Assembly (NCBI GenBank): GCA_964016885.1
Contig: OZ024740.1
Span: 361,894,001 to 361,958,000, forward strand
DNA: 64,000 bases
Source of the DNA: Eledone cirrhosa
Taxonomy: Eukaryota
Direction of reading: 5' to 3'
The notes beneath the pieces are model-generated. The model searched no databases. It was not told where the DNA came from and worked only from the letters and a program-made list of their open reading frames with translations. Made by a program: the position numbers and the translations under genes. Below, piece after piece: positions 30,606 through 44,873 of this stretch (within the stretch, counting starts at the first letter, position 1; each line of letters opens with the position of its first letter).

Positions 30606-31034
30606 AATTATAATAATAGAAACAGTGATTTGTTAGATTGGTGTAAAGATTCCAAATACTACAGTCAATGGTGAAGGTCTTATTTATTTATATATACTAT
30701 ATAAAAAGAATGTAGTAAATGGTATGTCGAGTTATATATATCGTTATTCATGCGCATGGATAAGATAAAAGTAGGCTGCAAAGTTGTTGCTAGATTGGGC
30801 TTGGACATTGCCTCTGTACTGGTATTTAGAAAGTTCAAGGTCTTTTATCAATAATTCGAAGGAACACGACCAACAAATCTTTTAAAGGTAATTGATTAGA
30901 TAATGTAATTCCGTACAATATTGAGTAATCAACGACACTGGGAGATGAGCAATTAATCTCCTACATTGTTTAAAAAGTTATTCAAGATATGGTGATAGCA
31001 TCTTTTGGGTACTATCTAAAACTATATTATCTGA

Positions 31035-31295
31035 CGATGTGAGATCGATTCTCAGCAGCGTGTTGTGTTTTTTAGCAAGGCACATTATTTCATGTTGCTC
31101 CAGTCCGTTCAGCTGGAACAAAAATAAGTTGTATCTGTAATTCAAAGGCCCGGCTTGTCACACACTGTATCACACCGAATCTCCCTAAGAACTTTGTTAA
31201 AGGGGCACGTATCTGTGGAATGTTAATTCCACGAGCAGGCTGTTCTGTTGTTCGAACAATATGTACACTCGTCGTTGTAACCAACTGAGGTCCAA
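31035..31295 (+). mobile_element. Family B SINE body
   Basis: Matches the shared family B body. Confidence 0.7.
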
Positions 31296-32634
31296 CAATA
31301 ACAGTAAGAATGTATCTCTTTAACTCAATTGTTGGATAGCTCTATTATTTATATTGTTTGTAATTTTAACTTCCATTTGGTCGTACTTGCAATAACACAA
31401 TATATTTAACAGTTCAGTACGCTCTGTTGCAACACAAGATCAACTTGTAATAGTTTCCTCTTACAAGTCATAAACTTCACGAGACAACTTAGGTTAAACC
31501 CGATTGTTTGAAAAACAAACCTTTTTGTTTATATATGAAATATATTTAATGCAATTTTCTGCCAGAGGAAATATTAAGTGAATATTAATTATTATCACAT
31601 AAATCAGTGAGAGCACGCAGTCATTTCTACATACATTCAGTAATTAACAGAAGTTTAATATAATTCTATTTGCTAAGAAACTCTCTACTGCCTGCTTGAT
31701 TATATAATAGATATATTTTTGGTATCATAAAGGTAATTAATTCAATACTGGTGATACATCAAATTAGAAGTAGCATATCCCATATCGTATATCACATATC
31801 TGCTGTCTTCTGTTCTTGACAAAAATATAAATAGCATTTCTTGAGGGTTATTTTAGTCTGAGTGTGAGTAAGTACTTCACAAAGAGCTGTTTGGTGTAAG
31901 TCCAAAATAAGAGAAATTACTGAGTATATAAGATTGCTACTGATGTAGACAGAGAATAGATATGTAAGGAAGGAAGGAAATGGAAATTTCTTCTCGGGTA
32001 TGATTGAGGATGTGAGATTTTAGAGACAGCAGCAGTAAGCCAGTCTGATGTATTACATCTAAGCAACAAACAGTCAAGGTGTAAACGAGATGCTGAAACA
32101 AAGAAAAATATCAGAAGATACTAACAACAATCTGAAGGGAAATAGTAGGAATATGTCTGGAGTTTAAAAGCTTTCGCCAAGATTATTTCGCCTCCTTGCT
32201 GTTGTCTGCTTCTCGATAAATTATATTCCACCATCTGCTGTTCCCAATACTAATAGCATTAGTTCTAATGTGCAAGCGCGTGGCTTAGTGATTAAGGTGC
32301 TCGGCTCATGATTATGTGGGTAACGAAAAGAAGACAGGCAAGAATTTGGTTGGAGGTGGACGATATGTAACTTATTATTTCAGAAGAAAAGTAAGTAACG
32401 ATGGAAAAGTAGAGTGAGGGGTCAACAAACCTCTATATGATAAAATATTTCTAGCAGTGTTATATACCAACGCCGAGAGAAGATAAGTTTAACAATTGAA
32501 CGATAACAATTTTGTTCTGGTTAATTCGATTTTGAAAGAGCTTTATACAGTATGCATAGGCATTTTGAAGAAATCGTAGAGAGAATAACAAGAAATACCC
32601 AGAGGAAATTCACAGACACGTGCACACACACACA

Positions 32635-32680
<46 letters not shown>

Positions 32681-33039
32681 AAGCAAAGAAAATTTCAATG
32701 ATACGAAAGATTTCCTGGTGGAAGTTCAGGTGTACTCCAGGTTGGTATCCAGTTTCGGGGTGAAAATCTATTAGAAAATCCGTCAACATGAATGGACCTG
32801 TTATTTTTATCTAAAGACGTTTTTTTTCCAATTCCAACCCGCCCGTCCCCTAAATCTATCTTATTTCTCATTCTTTCTTCTGATGAAAGACTAGCGTCCA
32901 AAACAGCAAGACCCGCTTCCTGCTATATCAAACGTTAACCTAATATATCCCTTCCATATACTGTACCGATTGTGTTGTAATTTCTGTTTACCTTTACATA
33001 TATATATATATATATTAGAAATTGATTTTTTTTTTTTAC

Positions 33040-33827
33040 AAAATGAAAAGAAAAACGAGATGTCCTACATGAGTGAAAGTATAACGAAAAAAGATGAAAT
33101 CAAAAATGCAACTGGAGTCTTTTTAAGAATATTTATTTGGTTCCTTTACCGGTTTCGCAGTTCTTGTGTTTTTCAAAAGTAGAATTAAGCTGGAGGGTTT
33201 GTGGTTTTTCTCACATCTGGTTGGTGTTCGAATGTTACATCTGTTTTATATGGAAAAAAAGTGACTCGAAATGCTGGGTTTTTAGAAAAGTAATTTTGTT
33301 GGTTGATGACTGTCATGTGAATAAGTATAATAACTTTCGCGTCAGTTCGCGTTACAAACTTCTTATTATATTTGCCTTTAAAAAAAAAGGGGGGGGGGGG
33401 ATCAGATTGTTTTTTTCATATATGAGTGAAATTAGGTTGGTTGATGCAGTCACGTGAATAAGCGCATCAACTTTCGCGCCAGTTTGTGTTTGAGTTTCTT
33501 TTTACTTAAAAAAGTGGCTCAAAAAAGTTTTTTTTTTAATAAATGTAATTTGATTGGTTATAAATGAAATTATGACTGTCACGTGAACAACTACATTAAA
33601 TTTCGTGCCCGTATTTGGGAATTATTTTGGTAGCCATTTAGAGAATGTTGTGCCAAACAAAAGATAATGGTCAAGAAAAAAAGGATGGGGAGAATTGTTC
33701 TGGTTCAGCTGATGTGTCAAAATTCAGACTTTCTATTGAAATAAAGAAAGTAGAGATATGTATTTTTATTTGTGTGCTGGTGTGTGTGTAGGAAAATGAT
33801 TCTATTAGTAGAAATGGGGGAGGGAGT

Positions 33828-33893
<66 letters not shown>

Positions 33894-33956
33894 ATGTGTG
33901 TGTGTATATGTGTGTGTGGGAGTATAGTTGGCATGTTAAGATGGAGAGAATATATA

Positions 33957-33989
<33 letters not shown>

Positions 33990-34103
33990 GAAAATGATTT
34001 CGTTAGTAGAAATGGGAGAGAGAGTTATGTGTGTTTGGGGGGTATGGTTAGCATGTTAAGGTGTTAGAGTATTAACGTATGTTAAGGTTTATTTAGCTCT
34101 GTA
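33040..34103 (-). mobile_element. Non-coding Penelope-like element: promoter-like repeats upstream of an HHR-like motif
   Basis: HHR-like motif at 33143-33181 (-); three CCAAT/GTCACGTG/TTTCGCG modules at 33295-33610; shares motifs with 17790-18437 and 6475-6590. Confidence 0.55.
33295..33610 (-). promoter_or_regulatory. Three repeated CCAAT-like + E-box (GTCACGTG) + E2F-like (TTTCGCGCC) modules
   Basis: GTCACGTG at 33449 and 33578 (GTCATGTG at 33312); TTTCGCG at 33335 and 33472 (TTTCGTG at 33601); GATTGG at 33552. Confidence 0.45.
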
Positions 34104-34138
34104 TATTTAGTTATGTAATAAACAACATAAGACAATTA

Positions 34139-34211
34139 TTTCATTTACCAAAGGTTTCACGAAGACAGACGAGTTTGACACAGACGTCTGAAATTGTTCG
34201 TCAGAATGAAA
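34139..34211 (-). ncRNA. Type I hammerhead ribozyme (inverted copy)
   Basis: Exact reverse complement of 34242-34314. Confidence 0.85.
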
Positions 34212-34241
34212 ATTTATTTAAGACATCCGTTTTAAATAAAT

Positions 34242-34314
34242 TTTCATTCTGACGAACAATTTCAGACGTCTGTGTCAAACTCGTCTGTCTTCGTGAAACC
34301 TTTGGTAAATGAAA
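34242..34314 (+). ncRNA. Type I hammerhead ribozyme
   Basis: tttcatt-CTGACGA-AC...CAGACG/CGTCTG...GT-GAAA-CC(ttt)GG-TA-aatgaaa: 7-bp stem I, full core, GUA site at 34305-34307. Confidence 0.85.
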
Positions 34315-34432
34315 TAATTGTCTTATGTTGTTTATTACATAACTAAAAGCTCTGTAGCCTACAGAGAGCACTCTCCTTTGCTTTACCTTTCCTATGGAAA
34401 CACTTAATATATATATATATAAATATACACAC

Positions 34433-34490
<58 letters not shown>

Positions 34491-35609
34491 GTGTGTATGT
34501 GTATTATATCAATGCAGCAATTACTGAAAATATAAATTTTACCTATTGGTTGTTGCGCCAACGAGCAGTTGTGAAAAGCCAGTCGGCGAAGCTTGTATCG
34601 TAACTAACTCCATTTTTAACTTTGCCTTTTATCCTTGCGGAGTCGATAAAATAAAGTACCAGTAATACACTGGATAATTGCTGGCCTTGTGCCAAAAGTA
34701 GAAACAATTATTATAAAAAAATATAAATGATCTCGCTACTCCTTGTATAGAGGTCTGTTCTCAGATAATGTTTGTAATCTGTGAAATATATACCAGTATA
34801 TATTTTACAATAACTATATTATGATCTTTCACTATTCTCTGTCATTATACTGCAACTATGGTTGGTTTTTGTGTTTTGTTTGGTCACTATAATCGTTAGT
34901 GGTTGAAGGCGGGGGGCATTTCCCGATGAATAAGGAAACTGCTAGTTATATATATTTATTTCTTGTCATGAAATTCAGCGAAACCTTGTGACACATTTTA
35001 AATAACAAGAATATGCAAAATTTAAACTAATAGTGAGAGTAGTTTTTATGATGTAAATGTCTTTAGGTGTGGTAGACTTTGTAAGCGATGTGTATTTTGG
35101 AGAGATAGGGTGAATATGTAAATGTAGAGATGAACTGGAGAAAAAATGACCTGCACCACCTCATTCAACATCAACTGTCCAATGTGAGAGCAAATGGGGT
35201 GTCTGAATGTGTGTGATAGCATATATACACCTAGGTGTCGTCATAGTTATTTTCGTCCGAGTTAAGGTATAAAAAGTTTAACACTGGGATTGTTTCGCTA
35301 CACATATATATTGTTATACTTTAGTAGGTTCACATTGTCAATAAAAGCACAGCCACCGGTTGAGTTTCACTTCGGTTTTATTATTAGTCAGGCAACTAAT
35401 CCATCCCTCGGTTAGTTTAGTAGCCGGATGGATATTTAATTGTCAAAGCTCTTTCAGTAGACATTCTCTGACCTTATCACTAACTATTCTGGTCTTTCCG
35501 TGGCTTCTTTTCATTCTGATTTTATTTTAACTACCCCCATCCTTGGATAGGATGAAGTAAATAAAACAAAATCAAAACGAAACAATTTTAGTCTTGAAGT
35601 AATTTCTAC

Positions 35610-35662
<53 letters not shown>

Positions 35663-35669
35663 AAATTTG

Positions 35670-37640
35670 GCACCCTGACAGCTGGGCTCCTTTCGTTTCA
35701 ACAGTTAGTTCCGAACTGCACCACCTGTTGAAATGGCAGTCTACACCTGGGTCTCCTGTTGGGTGGATTTTGCATGTAAAACCTGTCCAGCGATTCTCTC
35801 CTGAGACATTCTAACTACATGCCCGTAATATCAGAGCTGTGATACCTCAATCCGCAGAAGTAGCGGGTCTACTTGGAGTGAATCTCTGATCTCCGAGCTA
35901 TGCACTCTATCGAGTAACGTTACTCTAAAGACCCTTCGGAGGAACCTCCTTTCGACCGCTTGTATTCGCGATCGCATTCTTTCGGTCATTACCCATGATT
36001 CGTGACCATAGGTGAGGGTTGGCACGGATACTAAACTGATTACCGAAACATTATTGCACCGGCTCCAGCAATTCTGACACTTAATTCAGCCTCCCATCTT
36101 CCATCATTCGTGAACATAGCCTCGAGATACTTGAACTTCTCCACCTGCTTCAGTAGAAATCCCTTCACATGTATAGTGCACTGCTCAAGCTTCCTTGAGA
36201 GGACGGACGAGTGTCTCAGTCTTCGCAGCACTGATTTTCATTTGAGCCATGCAGAACTCGGCATTAAATCTATCAAGCGTATGTCGGAGATCACTTTCTG
36301 ACGAGTGAAGTAATGCCATATCGTCTGCAAATTCCAGCCAACTGATCTTACAACTGCCAGTCGTGATACCAATATCAACCCGGTTGCGCATGTCAACCCT
36401 GTTCATGAAAATAATTGTTTCTACTATTGGCACAAGGCCAGCAATTACCCAGTACATTACTGGTACTTTATTTTATCGACCCCGTAAGGATGAAAGGCAA
36501 AGTTAACCTCGGTGGGATTTGAACTCAGAATGTGGCAAGGCCGTAATTCTATACGTCAAAGCATGGTGTCCGACGCTCTACCGATACTGCCAATTCACCA
36601 CCCTCCTGTTCATGAAAATAATGAACAGGGGAGGTAACAGTATGCACCCTTGGCAGAGACCGACTCCGTTCCATTTATCCGAACACAAATACTCGGACAT
36701 TCGTATAGAGACATTAGAGCAATAAGAAGCTGGTCATCAATCCCATAATCCTGCAGAACCTACTACAGCATGTCCAGCGGAACGTGATCATATGCCTTTA
36801 CGAGGTCAACAAAGTAAGATTACACATCTTGGCAGTATTCCCGCGATTTCTTAATGACCTGCCGCAGTGTAAATATTTGATCGGCTGTGCTGCGTCTGGG
36901 GCAAAAATCACACTGTTCAACAGCTAGCTTGGACTCGACAATTTCCTTACACCTCTTTGTCAGATACTTAGCATAGATTTTACCGGGGAGTTATATCAAG
37001 AAGATTCCTCTATAATTGGAGGAATCTCTCGTGTCTCCCTTTTTGAAAATTGGGATTATCACTCCCGATTTCCATTGCTTAGGTGCCTTTCCAGAGATAC
37101 TTCAGAGAATATCTTCCCTATTTACGGCTTAAACATCTCGGGGCGAATTTCATCCTTCCCAGCGGCCTTGCCGCATTTGAGATCTTCCATTGCTCTTGTG
37201 ATCTCAGTCTCTGAGAGATTAGTCATCGCCCCCAAATGCGCCTCATGTAGATCAGAAGTTGCTGTTGTGATCGGGTTTAGAAGATCAACAAAGTATTCTC
37301 TCCAAATTGCAAGGATGCACCTCTCTGAAGAAAGGAAAACTCCAGACGCATTCCTGATAGCAGGTGTGGAGGAGGATTTCTTATTACGAAGTCGGTGGAT
37401 GGTCTGCCAGAACACTTTATTGTCAGATCTGAAGTCGGGTTCCAGCTTAACCCGAAGGTCCTCCCATGTCTTAATACTGTTTCTGCTGCGATTCTTCGTG
37501 CCTGCATGTACGTGCAAGAAGGAGAACTTATTTCCAAGCCAAGCATTTTAGGCATCCTTCTTTGCTCGGATGGCACTTTAGACCTCTTGATTGTGACACG
37601 AGCTGATTGCATGTCTGATCTAGGAGAATGCACACAGTGT
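35670..37640 (-). pseudogene. 5'-truncated, frameshifted RTE-type LINE reverse transcriptase
   Basis: Motifs in order: GKAAGKDEIRPEM, NYRGI, YFVDLVKAYDHV, GLCQGCILLPPLF, FADDMALL, VEKFKYL, PTLTYGHESW, RRFLRRV; stops and frameshifts present. Confidence 0.88.
36411..36604 (-). mobile_element. Family A SINE nested in the LINE with an 18-bp TSD
   Basis: CCTGTTCATGAAAATAAT at 36398-36415 and 36605-36622. Confidence 0.92.
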
Positions 37641-38191
37641 AGTTATTTGTTGAGGTTTCACAATTTGCATAATGCTTATGTAATTTTTACATACGACGAA
37701 CGTTGCTTGTTCGCTTAATTGTTTAGTTGTGAAATAATTTAGCTCTGGGTGACATTCATCCCAGTGTAGCTTCAATCTGTTATATAGCCAAAGGAGGAAT
37801 CATTTTTTTGCCATTTTGTAACAATCAAATAGGTCATTGTTAAGTTCGTATCTCCAAGAAAAATGCGGTTTATAGTTTCAGTTCCTTCTATAACTACAAC
37901 TAAAAGGTTCTTTTGCCTTACGTGTTGTTATTTTTCTTCGAGTCTTCACTAGAGTTGTTGATGTTATGCTGCGTACAGCCATGCTGTTTGTAGCAAATCG
38001 TTGTAAAGTGAATTGAAGTTTTAGACGGATATCTGATCGATTTCGAAGAAAAAGTGTCTTCAATGAATATTATCAGAAAAATGTCCAGTTATTTAACAAG
38101 GCTGATAATTGCGGCATTACTGTTGGAGATAATGCTGACCTTAAACTTTATGAATAGTCTTCCACGCCATAAGTCCGACTGCCTTTGTGTT

Positions 38192-38250
<59 letters not shown>

Positions 38251-39323
38251 CTTTAGGTTTGTTGGTTCACCACTGGATAGAATTGGTCATTCCGTATGGT
38301 CAACCTTGGTGTAATATTGTGGAGAGTACTCAACGTAGTGCAGTTCACCCATCTTCGTTGGTGGTGCGAGTACGGAGTTAATTATAAATAAAATAAAATA
38401 ACGCGTTGGGCACTCGGAAAGTTCAGCCTTCCTTGAGTGCTCGGAAAAATACATTTCTCCTCTTTCGGTAAACGAAATTACTCGGAGCGGCTTGCTTTGC
38501 CCCGGTCCCACCGCGCCGCCTGTTTTGGCCGCCATATTATACTTATACCTATAAACTCCAGGTTTAGGCATAACTATTACTCGGAAAAATTAATTTCCAT
38601 TTCTTTCGCTGGACGATACCACTCGAGACTGGCTGACTCATGGTAGCGGGTGCTGGCTGAGACTCGCAATCGAAATCTTTACTCTATATCCCATCCTAAT
38701 ATCTTATCGAGATAATTTTTTTCATATAAGACTCTCTCTGTAAGTTCATTAAATAAATCTCGCCACCTTAACCTTTAATTTTCTAATAATTTATTTTTCA
38801 ATTTATCATTTTGCAATTTAATATTTTTAATTTAATTTAATTTCATCCTATAACTCGCAACATAAGTTAAACGTTCCAATCAATGGTTCACACATTAGAC
38901 CATACAAACACCCATTATAGATTCTTTGGCGTAGCATTTTTTTCGCGGCATTTTCTAGCATGAATGTAGTGTAACCCTTACGCTGACTTCTTTCTCCCTT
39001 TCTTCCTTTCTTTCTTTCTTCCCCTTTTTCTTTGACGGAGAGGTGGTAGTGCATTATAAGCCTTCGCCCCCTCACCGGATGGTCATAGTAGATTCAGTTG
39101 CCACCACTTTGAGGGCGACTGGCCGAGGTAAAGGCAGCTAGTTGGTCAGTCGTCCTCTTTGTCTCTGTCTCTGATTTTTCGGACCCATGGTTTTTTTACA
39201 TATTCCTTTGTTATATTCCAATACCTGGTGATATCACCGGATTCATATGGAACCCGGTCATTGAAATGATCATAGTATAATAAACCTTTCAAGGATTTAC
39301 ACCAGTCCAGCCTCCTGTTATTT

Positions 39324-39440
<117 letters not shown>

Positions 39441-39532
39441 GTAATAATAATAAATTTGAAGACTAAAATCCAAAGAGGGCTCGATAAAGATAAATATATA
39501 TCATATATATAAGAACCCTAGAGCAAATATTT

Positions 39533-39971
39533 ATTAAAATAACAGATTAAAGTTTAAGCAAAGAATCGCTGCTTTCACCCTTAACGGGATCTTCTGAAAC
39601 TAAAAAAAATCAATCTTGAAAGCAGAAGTAAATATTTCGAAAAATGTTGCAACTCTGAAGCCGAGAATCATTCAGTTACCTAGATAGAATATTAGTCTAC
39701 GACTTCATTTATACCATAAACGTGGTTTTGTCTTTGCGCGTAATTGTTCTCACCGCTCCACATAACGACGTATTATCTTCGCTTTTTTCTTTTCATTGCC
39801 AGGGAACGTCTTCACGAACCAAAGTATCGTCTTCCTGTTTTCCTTCGGTTGCAGCATTTTTCGAAATATTTACTTCTGCGTTCACAGATTGATTTTTTTT
39901 TTAGTTTCAGAAGATCCCGTTAAGGGTGAAAGCAGCGATTCTTTGCTTAAACTTTAATCTGTTATTTTAAT
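39533..39971. mobile_element. Fold-back element with ~120-bp inverted arms carrying variant hammerheads
   Basis: 39533-39653 is inverted at 39848-39971; solo arm copies at ~10400-10461 and ~42168-42283. Confidence 0.8.
39903..39953 (+). ncRNA. Hammerhead-like fold with CAGAAGA core
   Basis: agttt-CAGAAGA-tCCC(gttaa)GGGt-GAAA-GCA(9 nt)TGC-TT-aaact; identical copy at 39551-39601 (-), near-identical at 42215-42265 (+). Confidence 0.55.
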
Positions 39972-40050
39972 ATATATACATATATATATATATATTGTTA
40001 TACTTTGGGAGGATCATGTTGCCAATAAGAAACACACGCACCAGTTGTTT

Positions 40051-40168
<118 letters not shown>

Positions 40169-40547
40169 AGCGTCGGAAACATGCACTATTTGTTCCGGCT
40201 CTTTATGTTCTGAGTTCAAATTTCACCAAGATCAGCTTTGCCTTTCATTTTGTTGAGGTCGATGAAATAAAGTACCAGTTAAGTACTAGGGTTAATATAC
40301 TCGCCCCCCCCCCCCATTGCTGATTGGGTGCCAAAACCACACACGCACACATACATATCATTATTTTCTTTTTTTTAAATGTATTTTTTCTTCCTCGCTA
40401 CATGATACATATTGATAACCTTGTACGTAGAACTTTCCCTCATCTGCCTACCTTTTATTCTACTATTTTCTTCCTTTCACCCTTTTTTCTGTTAAGCAAA
40501 GTCAACCAAGTCTCCTTTTTACAAAAAGTAGCCCTCAGCATTATCTA

Positions 40548-41020
40548 ATAATGGTTTCAAATTGAGGAACAATGCAGGTAATTTACGGATGGGAAGATCG
40601 ATATTATTGATACCAGTACTTTACTGGTACTTTATATCGACCTCGGAAAGATGAAACGCAAAGTTGACTTTGGCAGCATTTGATTTCATAATAATGTTTC
40701 TACTTTTGGCACAAGGCCAACAAATACCCAGTGCATTACTGGTACTTTATTTTATCGACCCCGTAAGGATGAAAGGCAAAGTTAACCTCGACGGGATTTG
40801 ATTTCATAATAATGGTTCCTAATTCAGACACAATGTCAGCAGTTTTTGGAGGGATCGGTAAACGTCGATGATTTCATTGGTACTTTATTTTATCGACCCT
40901 CGGTAGGACGGAGGGCTAAGTTGACCCCAGAGACGTTTGAACTCAGAATGTAAAGAGCGATAACTAAATGTCACAAAGCTTTTTGTCGGACACTCTAAAG
41001 ATTCTGACAAGCCACCATCC
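40548..41020 (-). mobile_element. Cluster of three family A SINE pieces
   Basis: Three reverse-complement cores in tandem. Confidence 0.8.
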
Positions 41021-41224
41021 TTATTAGTGATACTATACATTAATGTGTTGTTATTACTTATCACAGCTTTCCTACTCATTCCATCGTCTACTCGTATATT
41101 ACCTAGTACAAACCGCGCTCCTGTATTCTGGCATTTTCTCTTTTCTCTAAAGCTTAAATAGCAGCTCTTATCACCCTGGTATCCTCTTCCTTCATTTTCG
41201 AACATTAACACATACTCACTATAC

Positions 41225-41272
<48 letters not shown>

Positions 41273-42281
41273 GGAGGTGGGTGTAATTGTAAACGTAAAT
41301 AACAATAACAATAATCCATCACTATGAATAATAGTTGAAAGAAAACCGCAAAATATACCTGAAAACTTTAGCCCATTTTCTTAAATATTTATAGGGATCA
41401 AGTATTGCTATAGCCATATACGTTGGGATGACTACATTTTATACACACACACAGATTGGAAAGGCGAATATGGAAAGCCAGGCACATGCAGCAATGTATG
41501 TATGTATGTAGGCACAGGTACAGCCGTATATCTTCAGCCAACATTCCTCCCCCGTTCATAGCTTTCTGACAACTCAGCCTCTTTCAATTTCTTAGCTCTC
41601 ATCACAAGTTTTTCGTTTCAGTATCTTCTCTATAATGCATTAACCACTTCCAAATCAGTTTCGGCTGTTGTATGTGCAATAAATAAATACAAAAAACACA
41701 AAACAAAAAAAACATCTGACAATGAGCTGTCAGAAGAAATATTACAAACAGCCAAAATATATGTTCATTAGGGCGGCGGATTAGCAGAATCGTTAGAACG
41801 ATAGACAAGTAAATTACATTAGTTATTTTGGCTCTTAACGTTCAGAGTTCAAATCCCGCTGAGGTTAAATTTGTCTTTCATCCCTCCACGGTTGATATAA
41901 TATATAAAAAAAACGAACAAACAATTAAGTACTGGGGCTGATATAATAGACTTTATCCGTCCCACCAGAGAAATGTTGGCCTTGTGTCCCAAATTAGACA
42001 CTGTTATATTTCTTCCCATTATAACTTGTTGGTGTGTACATGAATGCACAGGTTTGTGAATGTGTATACAAAGTAAGTAATTGTCTCGATAACTGGGTAT
42101 TCATACATGAACACGGAAATTTTATGTATGTACATACACACGCATAAACAATATATATATATATATAAACGTTTTTTGAAATATTCACTTCTGCGTTTAC
42201 AGATTGACTTTGTTAGTTTCAGAAGATCCCGTTTAGGGTGAAAGCAGCGATTCTTTGCTTAAACTTTAATCTCTTATTTTA

Positions 42282-42284
<3 letters not shown>

Positions 42285-42337
<53 letters not shown>

Positions 42338-42579
42338 GCATATATATGTGTCTATATATGTATATCATCATCATCATCATCATCATCGTTTAACGTCCAT
42401 ATGTATATATATGTATATATATGTATGTATATATGTATGTATATATATATGTATATGTATGTATATATATATATATATATGTATATGTATGTATATATAT
42501 ATATGTATATGTATGTATATATATAATATATGTATATATATATATATATATTATTTTATAATATATATTATATATGTAT

Positions 42580-42613
<34 letters not shown>

Positions 42614-42682
42614 GTATATATATATGTATATATATATATATATATGTATGTATATATATATATGTATGTATATATATATATG

Positions 42683-42778
<96 letters not shown>

Positions 42779-42802
42779 ATATATATATACATATATATAT
42801 AC

Positions 42803-42838
<36 letters not shown>

Positions 42839-43066
42839 ATGAAAAAATGGGGAGAAGAATACTGCATGGTTGCACATGGATAACATGTTATAAAATGAGT
42901 CCCTCATCAGTGATTTACCAACGGTCATAGGTATTTCATTGCATTAAAAATCATATACCTCATGTTGGCGCAATAATAACTAAAATAAGTTATTAGGACA
43001 ATTAAAGCGCGTAAAGCGAGTGAGACAAGTAAACAACATAGAGGAAAATATATATATATGTATATA

Positions 43067-43135
<69 letters not shown>

Positions 43136-43303
43136 ATATATATAATATATGTATATATATATATAATATATGTGTATATATATAATATATGTGTATATAT
43201 ATATATAATATATGTGTATATATATATATATATGTATGTATATATATATATATATGTATGTGTATATATATATATATATATGTATGTGTATATATATATG
43301 TAT

Positions 43304-43335
<32 letters not shown>

Positions 43336-43612
43336 GTATATATATATGTATGTATGTATATATATATGTATATATATATATGTATGTATATATATATGTA
43401 TGTATATATGCATGTATATATATATATATGTATGTATGTATATGTATATGTATGTATATATATATATATGTATGTATATGTATGTGTGTATATATATATA
43501 TGTATCTATATGCATGTGTATGTATATATATATATGTATGTGTATGTATATATATGTATATATACATATATATATATATTTATGTATTCACACACAAACA
43601 CATATATATGTG
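42285..43612. repeat. Compound (TA)n/(TATG)n microsatellites
   Basis: Two long arrays separated by a ~210-bp unique island. Confidence 0.95.
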
Positions 43613-43985
43613 TGGTGGGTGTCTATAAGATGTTACTAATTGTTCAACTAGTAAGACCGTTATCCGACTTAGAACTCCATATTTTAAAGAAAGTATTGTA
43701 GATATTATAATTCGATGGCGAACCGGTTTACCTTTTACCTTAGGGCCTGTATGTCGTATAATATTTGTTTCTACTTTTGGCACAAGGCCAGCAAATACTC
43801 AGTACATTACTGGTACTTTTATTTTTCGTCTATGTATGTATGTATGTATGTATGTATGTATGTATCTCTCTCTATGTATATTTATATATATATATATATA
43901 TATACATTTATATGTGTGTGTAAATATTTATATGTATTATACAAATAAACTCGTGTACGTATGTCTGTTATGAGTATATATATAT

Positions 43986-44028
<43 letters not shown>

Positions 44029-44174
44029 AATATACATGTATCTATAGATATATAAGTGTGTCAATATATACTTACACACAGCCACACACACACACATATA
44101 TATATATATACACACACATAAATATACATGTATCTATAGATATATAAGTGTGTCAATATATACTTATACACAGC

Positions 44175-44233
<59 letters not shown>

Positions 44234-44840
44234 GCGATAAACATTGCTCCCTATCTTTTATAATTTTTTAAACTAACGTTTAGTTTGTTTACATAGAAAT
44301 GAAATCGGCCCAGTGAAGAAAATAGGATGGCCTGTAACGTTTGATAAGGATGTTTTTTGAAACTCATATCTGTACCTGAATCATAAAGGATTCGCAATGA
44401 GTAATCATATGTGCAAGAACGGAAAGTGGGGAGGGTGCTGTGTACGAGAGGTGCGGTGAAGCAGGGGCTACATACTGTTTGTAAAGGTACGTCTGGGCTT
44501 GTGTGTATGTTTGTTTTTAGGTGTACGATATGAACGAATGCTTTAGATGTCTGGTATTTCCTAAGGAAGGTAGCGAAGTTGGTAATCATTAGAACGGTCA
44601 GGTTGACTGCTTTGCGGTATTCAAGCCTTTTATTCTTTCGAGGTCAATAAATAAAGTACCAGTCCATTGTTCCTTTCTATATATACATATAACTTTTCCA
44701 CTTTCTTCCTCTTATCCTCTCTGGAAGAAATCGGATGCTTTTAGACCTGGAGGGGGATGTGCTCCACCAGGTTAAAATCTCCAGACATGTAATGATGGTG
44801 TCCCTACGAATGCATCAGAAGTTAATACCCTCTCAAAAAG

Positions 44841-44873
<33 letters not shown>

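Larger units (their letters stand above)
34106..34347. mobile_element. 242-bp palindromic element with a hammerhead on each strand
   Basis: Arms 34106-34221 and 34232-34347 with no mismatch seen; flanked by direct repeat AGCTCTGTA (34095-34103, 34348-34356). Confidence 0.88.
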
